From Clostridiaceae bacterium DTU059 (GTDB taxonomy: Bacteria; Bacillota; Clostridia; DSM-8532): a DNA stretch of 61,446 nucleotides. Both the position numbers and the translations under genes were made by a program. The stretch is taken from NCBI GenBank assembly GCA_001512555.1, contig LFSK01000156.1, positions 2,695 through 64,140 on the forward strand. The letters are read 5' to 3'. Within the stretch, counting starts at the first letter, position 1. Every line of letters begins with the position of its first letter. The notes below the pieces were generated by a model. The model had not been told where the DNA came from, made no database searches, and was given only the letters and a program-made list of their open reading frames with translations. Positions 33,393 through 44,732 of this stretch are shown here, piece after piece.

Positions 33393-35795
33393 ATGCCAGT
33401 AAAACCGCTTCCCGCTTCAGCGCTCCGAAGAGAGTGCGATCCGTCATTATTTGATTTTGAAAATACCGGCGGGATTACGCCTTCCAGAGATCTGATTGGC
33501 CAGCAAAGGGCTGTTGAGGCCACCGAATTCGGTCTTGCCGTTGAGCTTGATGGCTATAACATCTATATGGCTGGTGAATCCGGGCAAGGGAAGACCCGCT
33601 ATGCACTGGAATGTGCCCAAAGACAGGCAAGGGTCATGCCCGTACCCGATGATTGGTGCTATGTCTATAATTTCGATGACTCCAACCGTCCCAGGGCTAT
33701 AAACCTTCCTGCCGGCATAGGTCGTGAGTTTAAAAAAGACATGGAAGAATTCGTAAGGATTATCGAGCAGGAGATCATAAAGGCTTTCAACGGCGATGAG
33801 TATGAAGCTGAGAGATCCCGTATCATGAAGAGGTTCCGTGACAAAAAAGACGAGTTGGTCATGAAGTTGAGCCAGGAGGCACAGGAGCGCGGATTTCGCA
33901 TCAAACTGGCCAACTCGGGCATCTACTTCATGCCCCTGTTGGATGGCGAGCCCTTAAGCGAGGAGGAGTTTAAGCTTCTCGATGAGGACGTGAAGATCGA
34001 GCTTTCAAAATCTTCTGAACAACTCCAGGATCAGACAGGTGATATCATAAGAAAAATCCGGGAAATAGAAACAGATGCGGAGGAGGCTGTTAGGAAGTGG
34101 GAGAACCAGATCGCCCTTTATGCCGTTGGGATACATATAGATGATCTGAAAGTAAAGTACGAACCATACCCGGCGGTGGTGGAATACCTGAACTCGGTAA
34201 GAAGCGATATTCTGGAAAACATAGAATCCTTTGTGCGTACTGACTATGGAGATGATCAGCACTCCATGCTCCTTCAGTTGATGGCCAGAAGAGGGGGCGA
34301 AGAAAACCCCTATCACCGCTACAAGGTAAATCTTCTGGTGGACAACAGCCATCTACATGGAGCTCCAGTTGTAGTAGACTATAACCCAACCTACTATAAT
34401 CTGATGGGAAGATGCGAATATGAGAATGAATTCGGGACCATGACCACAGATTATACCATGATAAAGCCCGGGCTATTTCATCAGGCCAACGGGGGCTTTT
34501 TGATCCTCCAGATAAACGATGTCCTGTCCAACCCCCAATCCTTTGCAGCCATTAAAAGAACCCTGAAAACCAGGCAGATCGTCATCGAAAATATTAAGGA
34601 ACAGATGGGACTGGTTGCTGTTTCAGCCCTAAAGCCCGAACCCATTCCCATCAATGTCAAAGTCATATTGGTAGGGAGCAGCGAGCTTTATCATCTTCTT
34701 TACAACTATGATCGTGATTTTAAGAAATATTTCAAGATCAAGGCAGATTTTGATGATCAAATGGACTGGAATGAGGTCAATATTGCAAAGCTCGCCCGCT
34801 ACATAAGCGCCTTCTGTAACAAGGAGGGTATCCCCCATTTTGACAGGAGTGGTGTAGCTGAGGTGGTGAACTACTGCTCATGGCTGGTGCAGGATCAGAC
34901 CAAACTGACTACCCGCTTCAGTGAAATTGTCAATGTACTTGGGGAAGCTGGGACCTGGGCAAGGATTCAGAGTTCAGACCTTGTTACGGCACAGCATGTA
35001 AAAAGGGCTATAAGTGAGAAAATGAAGCGCTCCAGTAAATATGACGAGCAACTGCTGGAACTGGTTCGTGACGGAACCATCATGATAGATACCGACGGCT
35101 GGGTAGTAGGGCAAATCAACGGCCTTGCCGTCATTGATATGGGGGATTATACCTTTGGAAAACCCGCCAGGATTACGGCAGCCACCTTCATGGGCAAGGC
35201 TGGAATCGTAGATATTGAACGGGAAGTAGAGACGGGAGGCTATACGCATTCCAAGGGTGTTCTGATTCTGAGCGGATATATAGGAAGAAAGTATGCTCAG
35301 GATATTCCGCTTTCACTTACAGCCAGCATCTGCTTTGAGCAGAATTACAGCGGAATTGACGGTGACAGTGCCTCTTCAACCGAACTATACGCCATTCTGT
35401 CCAGCCTGGCTGATCTTCCTATCAATCAGGGCATCGCTGCCACAGGATCGGTCAACCAGCTTGGAATTATTCAGCCCATTGGGGGAGCGACCTTTAAGAT
35501 CCAGAGCTATTTCAACATATGCAGGATAAAAGGCCTTACCGGAAAGCAGGGTGTTATAATTCCCGCCCAGAATGTCAAGAATCTGATGCTCAATGATGAT
35601 GTGGTGGAAGCCGTAAAGGAAGGGATGTTTCATATCTATCCTGTCAGCACGGTTGATGAGGGCATCGAGATCCTCACCGGTGTTCCTGCCGGGGAGAAAA
35701 AATCCGACGGAACCTATCCCGAGGGTACGGTTAATGACCGGGTGTACAAAAAACTCAGGTATTATGCCGAAACAACGGCCAAGTACAAGGAATAA
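33393..35795 (+). CDS. Lon-like protease (LonC type; AAA-like + Lon proteolytic domain)
   Basis: IGQQRA, GESGQGKT, coiled-coil insert, HQANGGFL, EQNYSGIDGDSASS, TGSVNQ, IGGATFK. Confidence 0.9.
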   Translation: MPVKPLPASALRRECDPSLFDFENTGGITPSRDLIGQQRAVEATEFGLAVELDGYNIYMAGESGQGKTRYALECAQRQARVMPVPDDWCYVYNFDDSNRPRAINLPAGIGREFKKDMEEFVRIIEQEIIKAFNGDEYEAERSRIMKRFRDKKDELVMKLSQEAQERGFRIKLANSGIYFMPLLDGEPLSEEEFKLLDEDVKIELSKSSEQLQDQTGDIIRKIREIETDAEEAVRKWENQIALYAVGIHIDDLKVKYEPYPAVVEYLNSVRSDILENIESFVRTDYGDDQHSMLLQLMARRGGEENPYHRYKVNLLVDNSHLHGAPVVVDYNPTYYNLMGRCEYENEFGTMTTDYTMIKPGLFHQANGGFLILQINDVLSNPQSFAAIKRTLKTRQIVIENIKEQMGLVAVSALKPEPIPINVKVILVGSSELYHLLYNYDRDFKKYFKIKADFDDQMDWNEVNIAKLARYISAFCNKEGIPHFDRSGVAEVVNYCSWLVQDQTKLTTRFSEIVNVLGEAGTWARIQSSDLVTAQHVKRAISEKMKRSSKYDEQLLELVRDGTIMIDTDGWVVGQINGLAVIDMGDYTFGKPARITAATFMGKAGIVDIEREVETGGYTHSKGVLILSGYIGRKYAQDIPLSLTASICFEQNYSGIDGDSASSTELYAILSSLADLPINQGIAATGSVNQLGIIQPIGGATFKIQSYFNICRIKGLTGKQGVIIPAQNVKNLMLNDDVVEAVKEGMFHIYPVSTVDEGIEILTGVPAGEKKSDGTYPEGTVNDRVYKKLRYYAETTAKYKE

Positions 35796-35803
35796 AGTAA
35801 GCC

Positions 35804-35826
35804 AGGGGTTGCAGCCCCCCCTTTTT
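35804..35826 (+). terminator. Terminator after Lon-like gene
   Basis: aggggttgcagcccc followed by ccttttt. Confidence 0.65.
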
Positions 35827-35916
35827 CTCATTCTTACAGAGAGCCTTAGGCACCTTATCGCAATGCGCCCTTTACCTTTACGGGATCTCTTTAGGTATGC
35901 AGACTGTCTGAACCTT

Positions 35917-35955
35917 TGTCATTGCGAGCGGAACGGAGTGGAGCGCGGCAATCTC
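35917..35955. repeat. REP/RPE-like palindromic element
   Basis: tgtcattgcgagcggaacggagtggagcgcggcaatctc; same TGTCATTGCGAG..GCAATCTC scaffold as the 33047-33195 copies. Confidence 0.7.
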
Positions 35956-36111
35956 GGTACGGTTGCTGTGCCGTTGCAGACTTAATGAGACCAGACTGTC
36001 ATCGTGGGGGACAGAATGTGTGTAAATATAGGTTTCACAGGCTTTACGGGTTCCCTGGAAGAACTTGCCCCTGTCTTAATAAAAAAATATAGGATTGGAC
36101 GTAAATTATTC

Positions 36112-36399
36112 TTGCAAATCAAATGATCCTGTAGTACAATATTACTCGCTGTGACATGGCATACGATGAAGCTGCAGATGGCAGGTGAAACAAACTGGGA
36201 ACTGTAGCGGAGAATGTCCGATTCTATGAAACCGGGCGACAAGTCACTGTACATCATGCATGTTATCTCGATTTGTATGTTTGTATCGTGGCCCAGGATA
36301 AATCTGGGCCTTTACTATGATTAAACATGGAACACCCGGCAGAGTGTACAGAGAACAGCTTGTTGCGCCAGCAGAATCATAACTTGAGGAGGTTTGTAT
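36112..36399 (+). promoter_or_regulatory. S10 operon promoter and structured leader (probable clostridial S10 r-leader)
   Basis: ttgcaa-N17-tacaat (36112-36140); ~250-nt leader with cgatgaag, ctgcag/ctgtag stem, ggagaatgtccg..gaaaccgggcga. Confidence 0.6.
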
Positions 36400-36711
36400 A
36401 TGGCGAACAAACAGAAAATCAGAATCAGGCTGAAGGCTTTTGATCATCAGGTTATTGATCAGTCAGCCGAGAAGATTGTTGAGACTGCAAAGAGAACGGG
36501 TGCTAAGGTTTCGGGGCCTGTACCTCTTCCCACAAGGAAGGAGATCGTAACCATACTTAGGGCTCCCCATAAGTATAAGGACTCTCGCGAACAGTTTGAG
36601 ATGAGGACACATAAGAGGCTTATCGATATACTTATGCCTACACCAAAGACGGTTGACGCACTTATGAGGCTGGATCTTCCGGCAGGAGTGGATATCGAAA
36701 TCAAACTCTAG
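36400..36711 (+). CDS. rpsJ: 30S ribosomal protein S10
   Basis: [25 protein letters not shown]. Confidence 0.99.
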   Translation: MANKQKIRIRLKAFDHQVIDQSAEKIVETAKRTGAKVSGPVPLPTRKEIVTILRAPHKYKDSREQFEMRTHKRLIDILMPTPKTVDALMRLDLPAGVDIEIKL

Positions 36712-36767
36712 GAATGGATGATGTTAAGTTCAGCATGGCTGAACCAATGACAGGAGGTATTTAGAAG

Positions 36768-37400
36768 ATGAAAAAATGCATACTTGGTAAAAAAATAGGT
36801 ATGACTCAGGTATTTACCGAAAACGGCGATATGCTGCCGGTTACCGTTATTGCCGCAGGGCCTGTATCGGTTGTTCAAAAGAAAACCGAGGAGATTGACG
36901 GATATAATGCCATCAAGGTGGGCTATGAAGACATCCCGGCCAAAAGGCTGAACAAACCTGAAAAAGGTCAGTTCGAAAAGGCCAAGGTCTCCACAAAGAG
37001 ATATCTCAGGGAATTCAGGCTTGAGGATATCTCCGGTTACGAAGTGGGAAGTGTCATCAAGGTTGAGGATATGTTCCAGGATGGCGACAAAGTTGATGTC
37101 TCCGGTATTTCCAAAGGTAAGGGCTTTGCAGGAACGGTAAAGCGTTTTGGAACAGGACGGGGTCGTATGTCCCACGGTTCGGGCTATCACAGAGGCATTG
37201 GCTCCATGGGCGGCACTTCCGATCCGAGCCGTATCTTCAAGGGAAAAGGCATGCCTGGCCATATGGGAGCTGAAAAAGTGACCGTTCAGAATCTGTCGAT
37301 TGTGAAGGTAGACGCTGAAAGAGGACTTTTGCTCGTTAAGGGCGCAGTACCCGGTCCAAAGGGCGGCCTCCTTGTGATCAAGGATTCGGTAAAGGCATAA
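36768..37400 (+). CDS. rplC: 50S ribosomal protein L3
   Basis: [18 protein letters not shown]; operon order. Confidence 0.99.
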   Translation: MKKCILGKKIGMTQVFTENGDMLPVTVIAAGPVSVVQKKTEEIDGYNAIKVGYEDIPAKRLNKPEKGQFEKAKVSTKRYLREFRLEDISGYEVGSVIKVEDMFQDGDKVDVSGISKGKGFAGTVKRFGTGRGRMSHGSGYHRGIGSMGGTSDPSRIFKGKGMPGHMGAEKVTVQNLSIVKVDAERGLLLVKGAVPGPKGGLLVIKDSVKA

Positions 37401-37430
37401 CGAAAGACTAGCTCGGAAGGAGGATAAAAT

Positions 37431-38054
37431 ATGCCAAAAGTAGATGTTTATAATATGGACGGCCAAAAGGTCGGCGATATGATTCTCAGTGACGACGTAT
37501 TCGGCGTGGAAGTAAATAAGACGGTAATGCATGCCGCAGTTGTGAACATTCTTGCCAATGCAAGGCAGGGCACTCAGTCCACAAAAACAAGGGCGGAAGT
37601 AAGAGGCGGCGGCAGGAAACCCTGGAGGCAGAAGGGAACCGGCCGTGCCCGTCATGGCAGTATTCGCTCTCCCCAGTGGGTGGGCGGCGGTGTTGCTTTA
37701 GGGCCCAAGCCCAGAAGCTACAGCTATACCCTGCCAAAGAAGGTTAAGAGACTGGCTCTTAAAAGCGCTCTTACCAGCAAGGTTCTCGAGAACAACATTA
37801 TGGTTCTGGACGAGTTGAAGCTTGAAGCCATCAAGACCAAGGAAATGGCAAAGGTATTGGACAAACTGAATGTGGATACATCAGCTTTGATCGTGCTTCC
37901 CGCAGTGGACGAAAATGTCATCAAGTCTTCCAGAAATATAAGCGGTGTGAAGACAGCTCTGGTGAACACCATCAATACCTACGACATTCTCAGGTACAAG
38001 AAGTTTATTGTTACCAGGGAAGCCATTGCAAAGATTGAGGAGGTGTATGCATAA
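37431..38054 (+). CDS. rplD: 50S ribosomal protein L4
   Basis: [16 protein letters not shown]. Confidence 0.99.
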   Translation: MPKVDVYNMDGQKVGDMILSDDVFGVEVNKTVMHAAVVNILANARQGTQSTKTRAEVRGGGRKPWRQKGTGRARHGSIRSPQWVGGGVALGPKPRSYSYTLPKKVKRLALKSALTSKVLENNIMVLDELKLEAIKTKEMAKVLDKLNVDTSALIVLPAVDENVIKSSRNISGVKTALVNTINTYDILRYKKFIVTREAIAKIEEVYA

Positions 38055-38407
38055 TGAGACGCGCGGAAGATATCATTATTCGCCCGTACATTACCGAGAA
38101 GAGCAATCAGGAGATAGCCGAGGGCAAGTACACCTTTATCGTAGATAAAAAGTCCACAAAAACAGAGATCAAGGGCGCCGTTGAGAAGCTTTTTCAGGTA
38201 AAGGTTCTGGCAGTCAATACCATGAACTATCAGGGCAAGGAAAAGAGAATGGGCGTTCATGTGGGTAAGACCGAAGCCTTCAAGAAGGCTATTGTGACCA
38301 TCGACACCGATCCTCAGCCAGTGACCTATATGGGCAAGGGCGGCAAAGAGATCACTACCGCCAAGAAATACAAGACAACCATTGAAGAGTTCGGTGTAGG
38401 CCAGTAA
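38054..38407 (+). CDS. rplW: 50S ribosomal protein L23 (C-terminal insertion)
   Basis: PYITEK, VEKLFQVKV, KKAIVT; 117 aa. Confidence 0.97.
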   Translation: MRRAEDIIIRPYITEKSNQEIAEGKYTFIVDKKSTKTEIKGAVEKLFQVKVLAVNTMNYQGKEKRMGVHVGKTEAFKKAIVTIDTDPQPVTYMGKGGKEITTAKKYKTTIEEFGVGQ

Positions 38408-38506
38408 TTATTGAAGTATAAGATTTCGGACAAGTCGGAGATATAGGATCTGCACTCGTCCTGATAACGGCTTGTTCCCAACATTATAAAGGAGTGGAAG
38501 AAAGAA

Positions 38507-39340
38507 ATGTCAGTAAAGAAATACAATCCTACATCTCCTGCAAGAAGATTCATGTCTGTATCGACATTTGAGGAGATTACCAGGAAGGATCCGGAGAAGA
38601 GCCTTCTTGCTCCGCAGAAAAGAAAGGGCGGAAGAAACTCCTACGGGAGGATAACCGTACGCCATCGCGGCGGCGGCGCAAAGCAGAAGTACAGAGTGAT
38701 AGACTTTAAGAGGGATAAGGACAATATTCCCGCAAAGGTTTCGGCCATTGAATACGATCCTAACAGATCAGCCCGCATCGCTTTACTCACCTATATTGAC
38801 GGTGAGAAGAGATATATTCTTGCACCCGATGGGCTAAAAGTGGGCGATCAGGTGGTTTCGGGACCGGATGCAGATATCAAGCTGGGTAATGCGCTGCCTC
38901 TGGAGAACATTCCTCTGGGTACAGTGATACACAACATTGAGTTAAAGCCCGGAAAGGGTGGCCAGCTTGTTCGTGCAGCAGGAAACCTTGCTCAGCTCAT
39001 GGCCAAGGAAGGCAGCTATGCTCAGATCAGGCTTCCATCCGGAGAGGTTCGGAAGGTCAACATCCGTTGCAAGGCAACCATTGGTCAGGTGGGAAATGTT
39101 GAGCATGAGAATATTTCAATCGGCAAGGCCGGTAGAAAACGCTGGATGGGCTTCAGACCAGCCGTTCGCGGTGTCGTTATGAATCCCAGCGACCATCCTC
39201 ACGGTGGTGGCGAGGGCAAATCCCCCATCGGTATGCCAAGTCCTGTTACACCTTGGGGTAAGCCGACACTCGGTTACAAGACCCGTAAGAAGAACAAGCA
39301 GAGCGATAAACTAATTGTTAAGAGACGCAACAGCAAGTAG
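38507..39340 (+). CDS. rplB: 50S ribosomal protein L2
   Basis: [21 protein letters not shown]. Confidence 0.99.
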   Translation: MSVKKYNPTSPARRFMSVSTFEEITRKDPEKSLLAPQKRKGGRNSYGRITVRHRGGGAKQKYRVIDFKRDKDNIPAKVSAIEYDPNRSARIALLTYIDGEKRYILAPDGLKVGDQVVSGPDADIKLGNALPLENIPLGTVIHNIELKPGKGGQLVRAAGNLAQLMAKEGSYAQIRLPSGEVRKVNIRCKATIGQVGNVEHENISIGKAGRKRWMGFRPAVRGVVMNPSDHPHGGGEGKSPIGMPSPVTPWGKPTLGYKTRKKNKQSDKLIVKRRNSK

Positions 39341-39363
39341 TATGCTGGAAGGAGGTTTGTACC

Positions 39364-39648
39364 GTGGGTAGATCGCTGAAAAAAGGTCCTTTTGTTGATG
39401 AAAGGCTTTTATCCAGAATTGACGACATGAATGATAAAAACGAGAAAAAGGTTATAAAAACCTGGTCCCGTGCATCCACTATCTTTCCACAGATGGTCGG
39501 TCACACAATTGCAGTCCATGATGGCCGCAAGCATGTACCGGTATATATAACCGAGGATATGGTTGGCCACAAACTTGGAGAGTTTGCTCCTACCCGTACC
39601 TACAGAGGCCACGGTAAGGACGAAAAGGGCTCAAAACTTAAGAGGTAA
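39364..39648 (+). CDS. rpsS: 30S ribosomal protein S19
   Basis: [19 protein letters not shown]. Confidence 0.99.
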   Translation: MGRSLKKGPFVDERLLSRIDDMNDKNEKKVIKTWSRASTIFPQMVGHTIAVHDGRKHVPVYITEDMVGHKLGEFAPTRTYRGHGKDEKGSKLKR

Positions 39649-39678
39649 GTACTTTCTGAAGTGGAAGGAGGAATTGAC

Positions 39679-40158
39679 TTGGGCAGAAAGGTTATGTCCA
39701 AAGAGGAGCTTCTCGAGAAAAAGGAAGAGCTGCTCGAACAGTACGGCAAGAGCCGCAGAAAATCCAATAAGCTCCCCGTTCTGACAAAGAAGGAGCGGAA
39801 GGTTCTTGGTATCGGTAAGGACGAAGGCAGAGCTGTTGTGAAGCATGCCAGGGTTTCCACCAGAAAGGCCAAGCTGGTTATTGATCTTATAAGAAATAAG
39901 GGAATTGATGAAGCTTACGCTATATTGAAGTATACGCCCAGGAAAGCATCAGAGATTCTGTACAAGCTGCTGAAGTCTGCAGAAGCCAATGCGGTCAACA
40001 ACAACGAACTTGATAGAGACAGCTTGTATGTATCGGAAATATATGCAGAGCAAGGACCAACCCTGAAAAGGATCAGGCCAAGAGCACAGGGTCGGGCGTT
40101 CAGGATCCGCAAGAGAACCAGCCATATTACAGTGGTTCTCAAGGAAAAGGCTAAATAG
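39679..40158 (+). CDS. rplV: 50S ribosomal protein L22 with ~48-aa N-terminal extension
   Basis: TTG start after aggagg; core [16 protein letters not shown]. Confidence 0.96.
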   Translation: MGRKVMSKEELLEKKEELLEQYGKSRRKSNKLPVLTKKERKVLGIGKDEGRAVVKHARVSTRKAKLVIDLIRNKGIDEAYAILKYTPRKASEILYKLLKSAEANAVNNNELDRDSLYVSEIYAEQGPTLKRIRPRAQGRAFRIRKRTSHITVVLKEKAK

Positions 40159-40170
40159 GGAGGTTGCAGA

Positions 40171-40836
40171 ATGGGCCAGAAAGTAAATCCGCACGGACTG
40201 AGAATTGGAATCATTAAGGACTGGGATACAAAATGGTATGCCAACGCTAAGGACTACAGCAGCTTCCTGGTTGAGGATTTCAAGCTTCGGAAGTTTATTA
40301 AGAAAAAGCTTTATATCGCAGGGATTGCCAGAATAGAGATCGAGCGGGCGGCAGCCAAGATAAAAATCAATATTCACACCGCCAAGCCCGGTATCATCAT
40401 TGGCAAGCAGGGAGCGGGCATCGAAGCCCTCAGGAAGGAACTTGAGAAGATGACCGGTAAGAGCGTTCTTCTCAACATCACTGAGATAAAGACTCCCGAA
40501 ACAAATGCACAATTGGTTGCCGAGAGTATTGCCTCGCAATTGGAGAAACGAATTTCGTTCCGCCGCGCCATGAAGCAGGCTATGTCAAGAGCCATGAAGT
40601 TTGGCGCAAAGGGTATCAAAACTCAGGTTTCCGGAAGGTTGGGCGGTGCTGAAATCGCTCGAGTTGAGCACTATCACGAAGGCACGATTCCTTTGCAGAC
40701 ATTGCGTGCAGACATCGACTATGGTTTTGCAGAAGCCGACACAACCTATGGGAAAATAGGTGTTAAGGTTTGGATTTATAAGGGCGAGGTTCTTCCCAGC
40801 AAGAAGAAGGAGAAGAAGGAAGGGGGAGAAGCATAA
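40171..40836 (+). CDS. rpsC: 30S ribosomal protein S3
   Basis: [22 protein letters not shown]. Confidence 0.99.
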   Translation: MGQKVNPHGLRIGIIKDWDTKWYANAKDYSSFLVEDFKLRKFIKKKLYIAGIARIEIERAAAKIKINIHTAKPGIIIGKQGAGIEALRKELEKMTGKSVLLNITEIKTPETNAQLVAESIASQLEKRISFRRAMKQAMSRAMKFGAKGIKTQVSGRLGGAEIARVEHYHEGTIPLQTLRADIDYGFAEADTTYGKIGVKVWIYKGEVLPSKKKEKKEGGEA

Positions 40837-41258
40837 TGTTGATGCCTAAGAGAGTTAAATACAGAAGGGTCCAGAGAGGGCGCATGACCGGTAAGGCTAC
40901 CCGCGGTAATACCATTGCGTATGGTGAGTTCGGATTGCAGGCCACAGAACCGGCATGGATCACAAGCAATCAGATTGAAGCAGCACGTGTTGCCATGACC
41001 CGTTTTGTAAGGAGAGGCGGTCATGTCTGGATTAAGATTTTCCCAGACAAGCCTGTTACCCAAAAACCTGCCGAAACTCGAATGGGTTCGGGTAAAGGAT
41101 CCCCCGAGTACTGGGTGGCCGTTGTCAAGCCGGGGCGCGTATTGTTTGAGATCGCAGGCGTTCCGGAGGATATAGCCAGGGAAGCATTAAGACTTGCGTC
41201 CCACAAGTTGCCTGTAAAGTGCAAGATCATAGCACGTAACGAAGAGGTAGGTGTATAG
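40836..41258 (+). CDS. rplP: 50S ribosomal protein L16
   Basis: [17 protein letters not shown]. Confidence 0.99.
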   Translation: MLMPKRVKYRRVQRGRMTGKATRGNTIAYGEFGLQATEPAWITSNQIEAARVAMTRFVRRGGHVWIKIFPDKPVTQKPAETRMGSGKGSPEYWVAVVKPGRVLFEIAGVPEDIAREALRLASHKLPVKCKIIARNEEVGV

Positions 41259-41259
41259 A

Positions 41260-41472
41260 ATGAAAGCTTCTGATCTGAAAGAGCTCAGGGAAAAGACGCG
41301 TGACGAACTCAATGAGGAGCTCAACGAACTCAAGGCCGAATTGTTTAAGCTAAGGTTCCAGCATGCTACAAGCCAGCTTGAGAATCCTATGAAGCTGAAG
41401 GCAGTAAAAAAGGATATCGCACGGGTGAAGACCATCATTCGTGAAAAGGAACTTGCAACAAGGAAGGCTTAA
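41260..41472 (+). CDS. rpmC: 50S ribosomal protein L29
   Basis: [19 protein letters not shown]. Confidence 0.98.
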   Translation: MKASDLKELREKTRDELNEELNELKAELFKLRFQHATSQLENPMKLKAVKKDIARVKTIIREKELATRKA

Positions 41473-41505
41473 TGGGCCTTTAAACCGGAAGGAGGTTTGT
41501 TTCGC

Positions 41506-41763
41506 GTGGCTGAAAGGAATTTGAGAAAAACCCGAATTGGAAGGGTTGTAAGTGATAAAATGGATAAAACCATTGTCGTGGCTGTTGAGGATAATGTAAA
41601 GCATCCGCTTTACAAGAAGATCATGAAGAGAACAACCAAGTTCAAGGCCCATGACGAAAATAATGAATGCAATATCGGTGATCGCGTTGAGATTATGGAA
41701 ACCAGACCGCTGAGCAGGGACAAGAGATGGCGTTTGGTTAAGATCATCGAGAAAGCGAAGTAA
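41506..41763 (+). CDS. rpsQ: 30S ribosomal protein S17
   Basis: [15 protein letters not shown]. Confidence 0.98.
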   Translation: MAERNLRKTRIGRVVSDKMDKTIVVAVEDNVKHPLYKKIMKRTTKFKAHDENNECNIGDRVEIMETRPLSRDKRWRLVKIIEKAK

Positions 41764-41778
41764 GAGGAGGCGCAGGAA

Positions 41779-42147
41779 ATGATTCAAGCACAGACATATT
41801 TGAAGTCGGCTGACAACACTGGCGCCAAGGAATTGATGTGCATAAAAGTCCTGGGCGGTTCAAAAAGAAAGTATGCCAACATAGGCGATGTGATCGTCTG
41901 TTCGGTTAAAAACGCAACGCCCGGCGGTGTTGTCAAGAAAGGTGAAATTGTGAGAGCGGTTATTGTTCGTTCGGTTAAGGGATTGAAGAGACCGGACGGT
42001 TCGCTGATACGCTTTGATGAGAATGCGGCTGTTATTCTCAAGGACGATGGCAGCCCGAGAGGAACCCGTATTTTTGGCCCCGTTGCAAGGGAACTCAGGG
42101 AAAAGGACTACATGAAGATTATTTCTCTTGCGCCGGAAGTGCTGTAA
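41779..42147 (+). CDS. rplN: 50S ribosomal protein L14
   Basis: [22 protein letters not shown]. Confidence 0.99.
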   Translation: MIQAQTYLKSADNTGAKELMCIKVLGGSKRKYANIGDVIVCSVKNATPGGVVKKGEIVRAVIVRSVKGLKRPDGSLIRFDENAAVILKDDGSPRGTRIFGPVARELREKDYMKIISLAPEVL

Positions 42148-42164
42148 GGAAGGAGGCTTGACTC

Positions 42165-42509
42165 ATGGGAAAAGTACACGTTAAAAAAGGAGATATGGTA
42201 TACGTACTCAGCGGCAAGGACGGCGGCAAAAAAGGAAAAGTTCTCGATGTGGATCACATTGAGCGCAAAGTCGTTGTTGAAGGCGTGAATATCGTTACCA
42301 AGCATGTTAAGCCGAGACCGAACAAGGGTTTTCAGGGCGGACTGGTTCACCAGGAAGCTCCCATTTATGCTGATAAGGTCATGCTCATCTGCGAGAAATG
42401 CGGTGTTCCAACCAAAGTAGGCAGGAAAGTTCTCGAAAACGGTGGGAAAGCTCGGATCTGCAAGAAATGCGGAGAAGAAATTGATATTATCAGAGAAGGC
42501 AAAGACTAA
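42165..42509 (+). CDS. rplX: 50S ribosomal protein L24
   Basis: [18 protein letters not shown]; C-terminal CxxC..CxxC. Confidence 0.98.
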   Translation: MGKVHVKKGDMVYVLSGKDGGKKGKVLDVDHIERKVVVEGVNIVTKHVKPRPNKGFQGGLVHQEAPIYADKVMLICEKCGVPTKVGRKVLENGGKARICKKCGEEIDIIREGKD

Positions 42510-42532
42510 TCCTTAAGGAGGTTGAAGAGAGC

Positions 42533-43075
42533 ATGCCAAGATTGCTTGACAAATATAAATCAGAAGTGGCTCCGGCGCTTCAGGCCAAATTTAATTACAA
42601 GAGCCCCATGCAGATCCCGAAGCTTGTGAAGGTTGTTCTCAATATGGGAGTTGGGGATGTTAAGGAAAATCCAAAGGCCATTGAGAACGCAGCCAACGAG
42701 CTTGCTGTCATCACCGGGCAGAAGGCGGTAGTTACCAAGGCTAAAAAATCTGTTGCCGCATTCAGACTCCGTGAAGGCATGAGCATCGGCTGCAAGGTAA
42801 CACTGCGCGGAGACAGGATGTACGAGTTTGTAGATAAGCTATTCAATGTTGGTCTTCCAAGGGTAAGGGACTTTCGCGGTATCAACCCGAATTCCTTTGA
42901 CGGAAGAGGAAATTTCACCATGGGAATAAAGGAACAGCTTATCTTTCCTGAGATTGAATATGACAAGGTAGAAAAGGTGCGTGGTATGGACATCACATTT
43001 GTTACCACAGCCAAGACCGATGAAGAGGCAAAAGAATTGCTGTCGCTTCTCGGAATGCCATTTGCCAGGAGCTAA
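42533..43075 (+). CDS. rplE: 50S ribosomal protein L5
   Basis: [20 protein letters not shown]. Confidence 0.99.
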   Translation: MPRLLDKYKSEVAPALQAKFNYKSPMQIPKLVKVVLNMGVGDVKENPKAIENAANELAVITGQKAVVTKAKKSVAAFRLREGMSIGCKVTLRGDRMYEFVDKLFNVGLPRVRDFRGINPNSFDGRGNFTMGIKEQLIFPEIEYDKVEKVRGMDITFVTTAKTDEEAKELLSLLGMPFARS

Positions 43076-43089
43076 AGGAGGTATTTGTA

Positions 43090-43275
43090 GTGGCAAAGAA
43101 ATCCATGATATTGAAGCAGCAAAGAAAACCCAAATTCTCGACGCGATACTACAATCGTTGCAAGCTCTGTGGCAGACCACATGCGTATCTCAGAAAATTT
43201 GGCATTTGCCGTATTTGCTTCAGGGAACTGGCATACAAGGGTCAGATTCCTGGTGTAAAGAAGGCAAGTTGGTAA
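43090..43275 (+). CDS. rpsZ: 30S ribosomal protein S14 type Z
   Basis: 61 aa, CKLC..CRIC, KKASW. Confidence 0.97.
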   Translation: MAKKSMILKQQRKPKFSTRYYNRCKLCGRPHAYLRKFGICRICFRELAYKGQIPGVKKASW

Positions 43276-43300
43276 CAGTCGCGAAAGGAGGTCTGTAACA

Positions 43301-43699
43301 ATGCATGCAACCGATGTAATTGCAGATATGCTGACAAGAATCAGAAATGCAGCAGATGCAAAGCATGAAACCGTTGATATTCCTGCATCAAAACTTAAGA
43401 GGCAGATTGCTCAGATCCTGCTGGATGAAGGATATATCAGGGAAATCACCGATATAGATGATAAGAAGCAGGGAATTATCAGAATAACCCTTAAGTATGT
43501 TGACAACAAGAAGAATGTCATAACCGGCATTAAGAGAATCAGCAAACCCGGCTTGAGGGTATATGCCGCTAAGAACGAAATACCCAAGGTTCTTGGAGGC
43601 CTGGGAATCGCTATTGTTTCCACATCAAAGGGAGTTGTAACAGATAAGGAAGCGAGAAGGCTTGGCGTTGGCGGCGAAGTTCTTGCCTTTGTCTGGTAA
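43301..43699 (+). CDS. rpsH: 30S ribosomal protein S8
   Basis: [21 protein letters not shown]. Confidence 0.99.
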   Translation: MHATDVIADMLTRIRNAADAKHETVDIPASKLKRQIAQILLDEGYIREITDIDDKKQGIIRITLKYVDNKKNVITGIKRISKPGLRVYAAKNEIPKVLGGLGIAIVSTSKGVVTDKEARRLGVGGEVLAFVW

Positions 43700-43776
43700 C
43701 AACAAAACTTACTATTATTTAGTTCTGAAAAGAACAGACATCTGTTCTCAATCTAAGGACTGGAGGTGCACACAAT

Positions 43777-44313
43777 ATGTCTCGTATAGGCAGAATGCCG
43801 GTGGAAATCCCGGCAGGTGTGGATGTTAAGATCAACGGTCAGGAAGTGACAGTTAAAGGACCCAAGGGTACCCTGGTTGAAACATTCCACAGTAATATGG
43901 TCATTAAGAAAGAAGGAAACACCCTGGTTGTCACCAGACCCAATGATGAAAAAACAAACCGTGCTTTGCATGGCTTGACACGGTCATTGCTCAGCAATAT
44001 GGTAACAGGTGTTACACAGGGTTTCGAGAAGCATCTTGAGATCGTGGGCGTTGGATTCAGAGCCCAGAAACAAGGTAAGAAGCTCGTTCTGACTCTCGGA
44101 TATTCCCATCCTGTTGAGATGGAGGAGCCGGCTGGAATTACCATTGAAGTACCGTCGCCCGATAAGATTATCGTAAAAGGCGCCGATAAGCAGGCTGTGG
44201 GTGAAGTGGCAGCCAAGATTCGTATGAAACGTCCGCCTGAGCCGTATAAGGGCAAGGGAATCAAGTACGCTGGTGAAGTCATTATCCGCAAGGAAGGCAA
44301 GGCCGGTAAATAA
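43777..44313 (+). CDS. rplF: 50S ribosomal protein L6
   Basis: [14 protein letters not shown]. Confidence 0.99.
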   Translation: MSRIGRMPVEIPAGVDVKINGQEVTVKGPKGTLVETFHSNMVIKKEGNTLVVTRPNDEKTNRALHGLTRSLLSNMVTGVTQGFEKHLEIVGVGFRAQKQGKKLVLTLGYSHPVEMEEPAGITIEVPSPDKIIVKGADKQAVGEVAAKIRMKRPPEPYKGKGIKYAGEVIIRKEGKAGK

Positions 44314-44333
44314 GAGAGGAGAGTGAGTGTGGA

Positions 44334-44702
44334 ATGATCAAGCAGATTGACAGGAACAAAGTCAGAATCCGTAAGCATGTACGGGTGCGCAAAAAGATTG
44401 CAGGCACATCCGAGAAGCCACGGCTCTGTGTTTTCAGAAGCGCTAAGCATATATATGCACAGATTATCGATGATATAAAAGGCACCACTCTTGTTGCTGC
44501 TTCCACTCTTGATGAGGCCCTGAAGGGAAAGTTTGCGAACGCAGGCAATAAAGCGGCGGCCAGAGAAGTGGGAAAGCTGATCGGTAATAAGGCTTTGGAA
44601 AAAGGAATCAAACAGGTAGTTTTCGACAGAGGCGGCTACCTTTATCATGGCAGGGTTAAAGAACTGGCTGATGGCGCAAGAGAAGCCGGTCTGGATTTTT
44701 AA
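44334..44702 (+). CDS. rplR: 50S ribosomal protein L18
   Basis: [20 protein letters not shown]. Confidence 0.99.
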   Translation: MIKQIDRNKVRIRKHVRVRKKIAGTSEKPRLCVFRSAKHIYAQIIDDIKGTTLVAASTLDEALKGKFANAGNKAAAREVGKLIGNKALEKGIKQVVFDRGGYLYHGRVKELADGAREAGLDF

Positions 44703-44732
44703 TCCGGATTTCCGAGTAAGGAGGGGAACACA

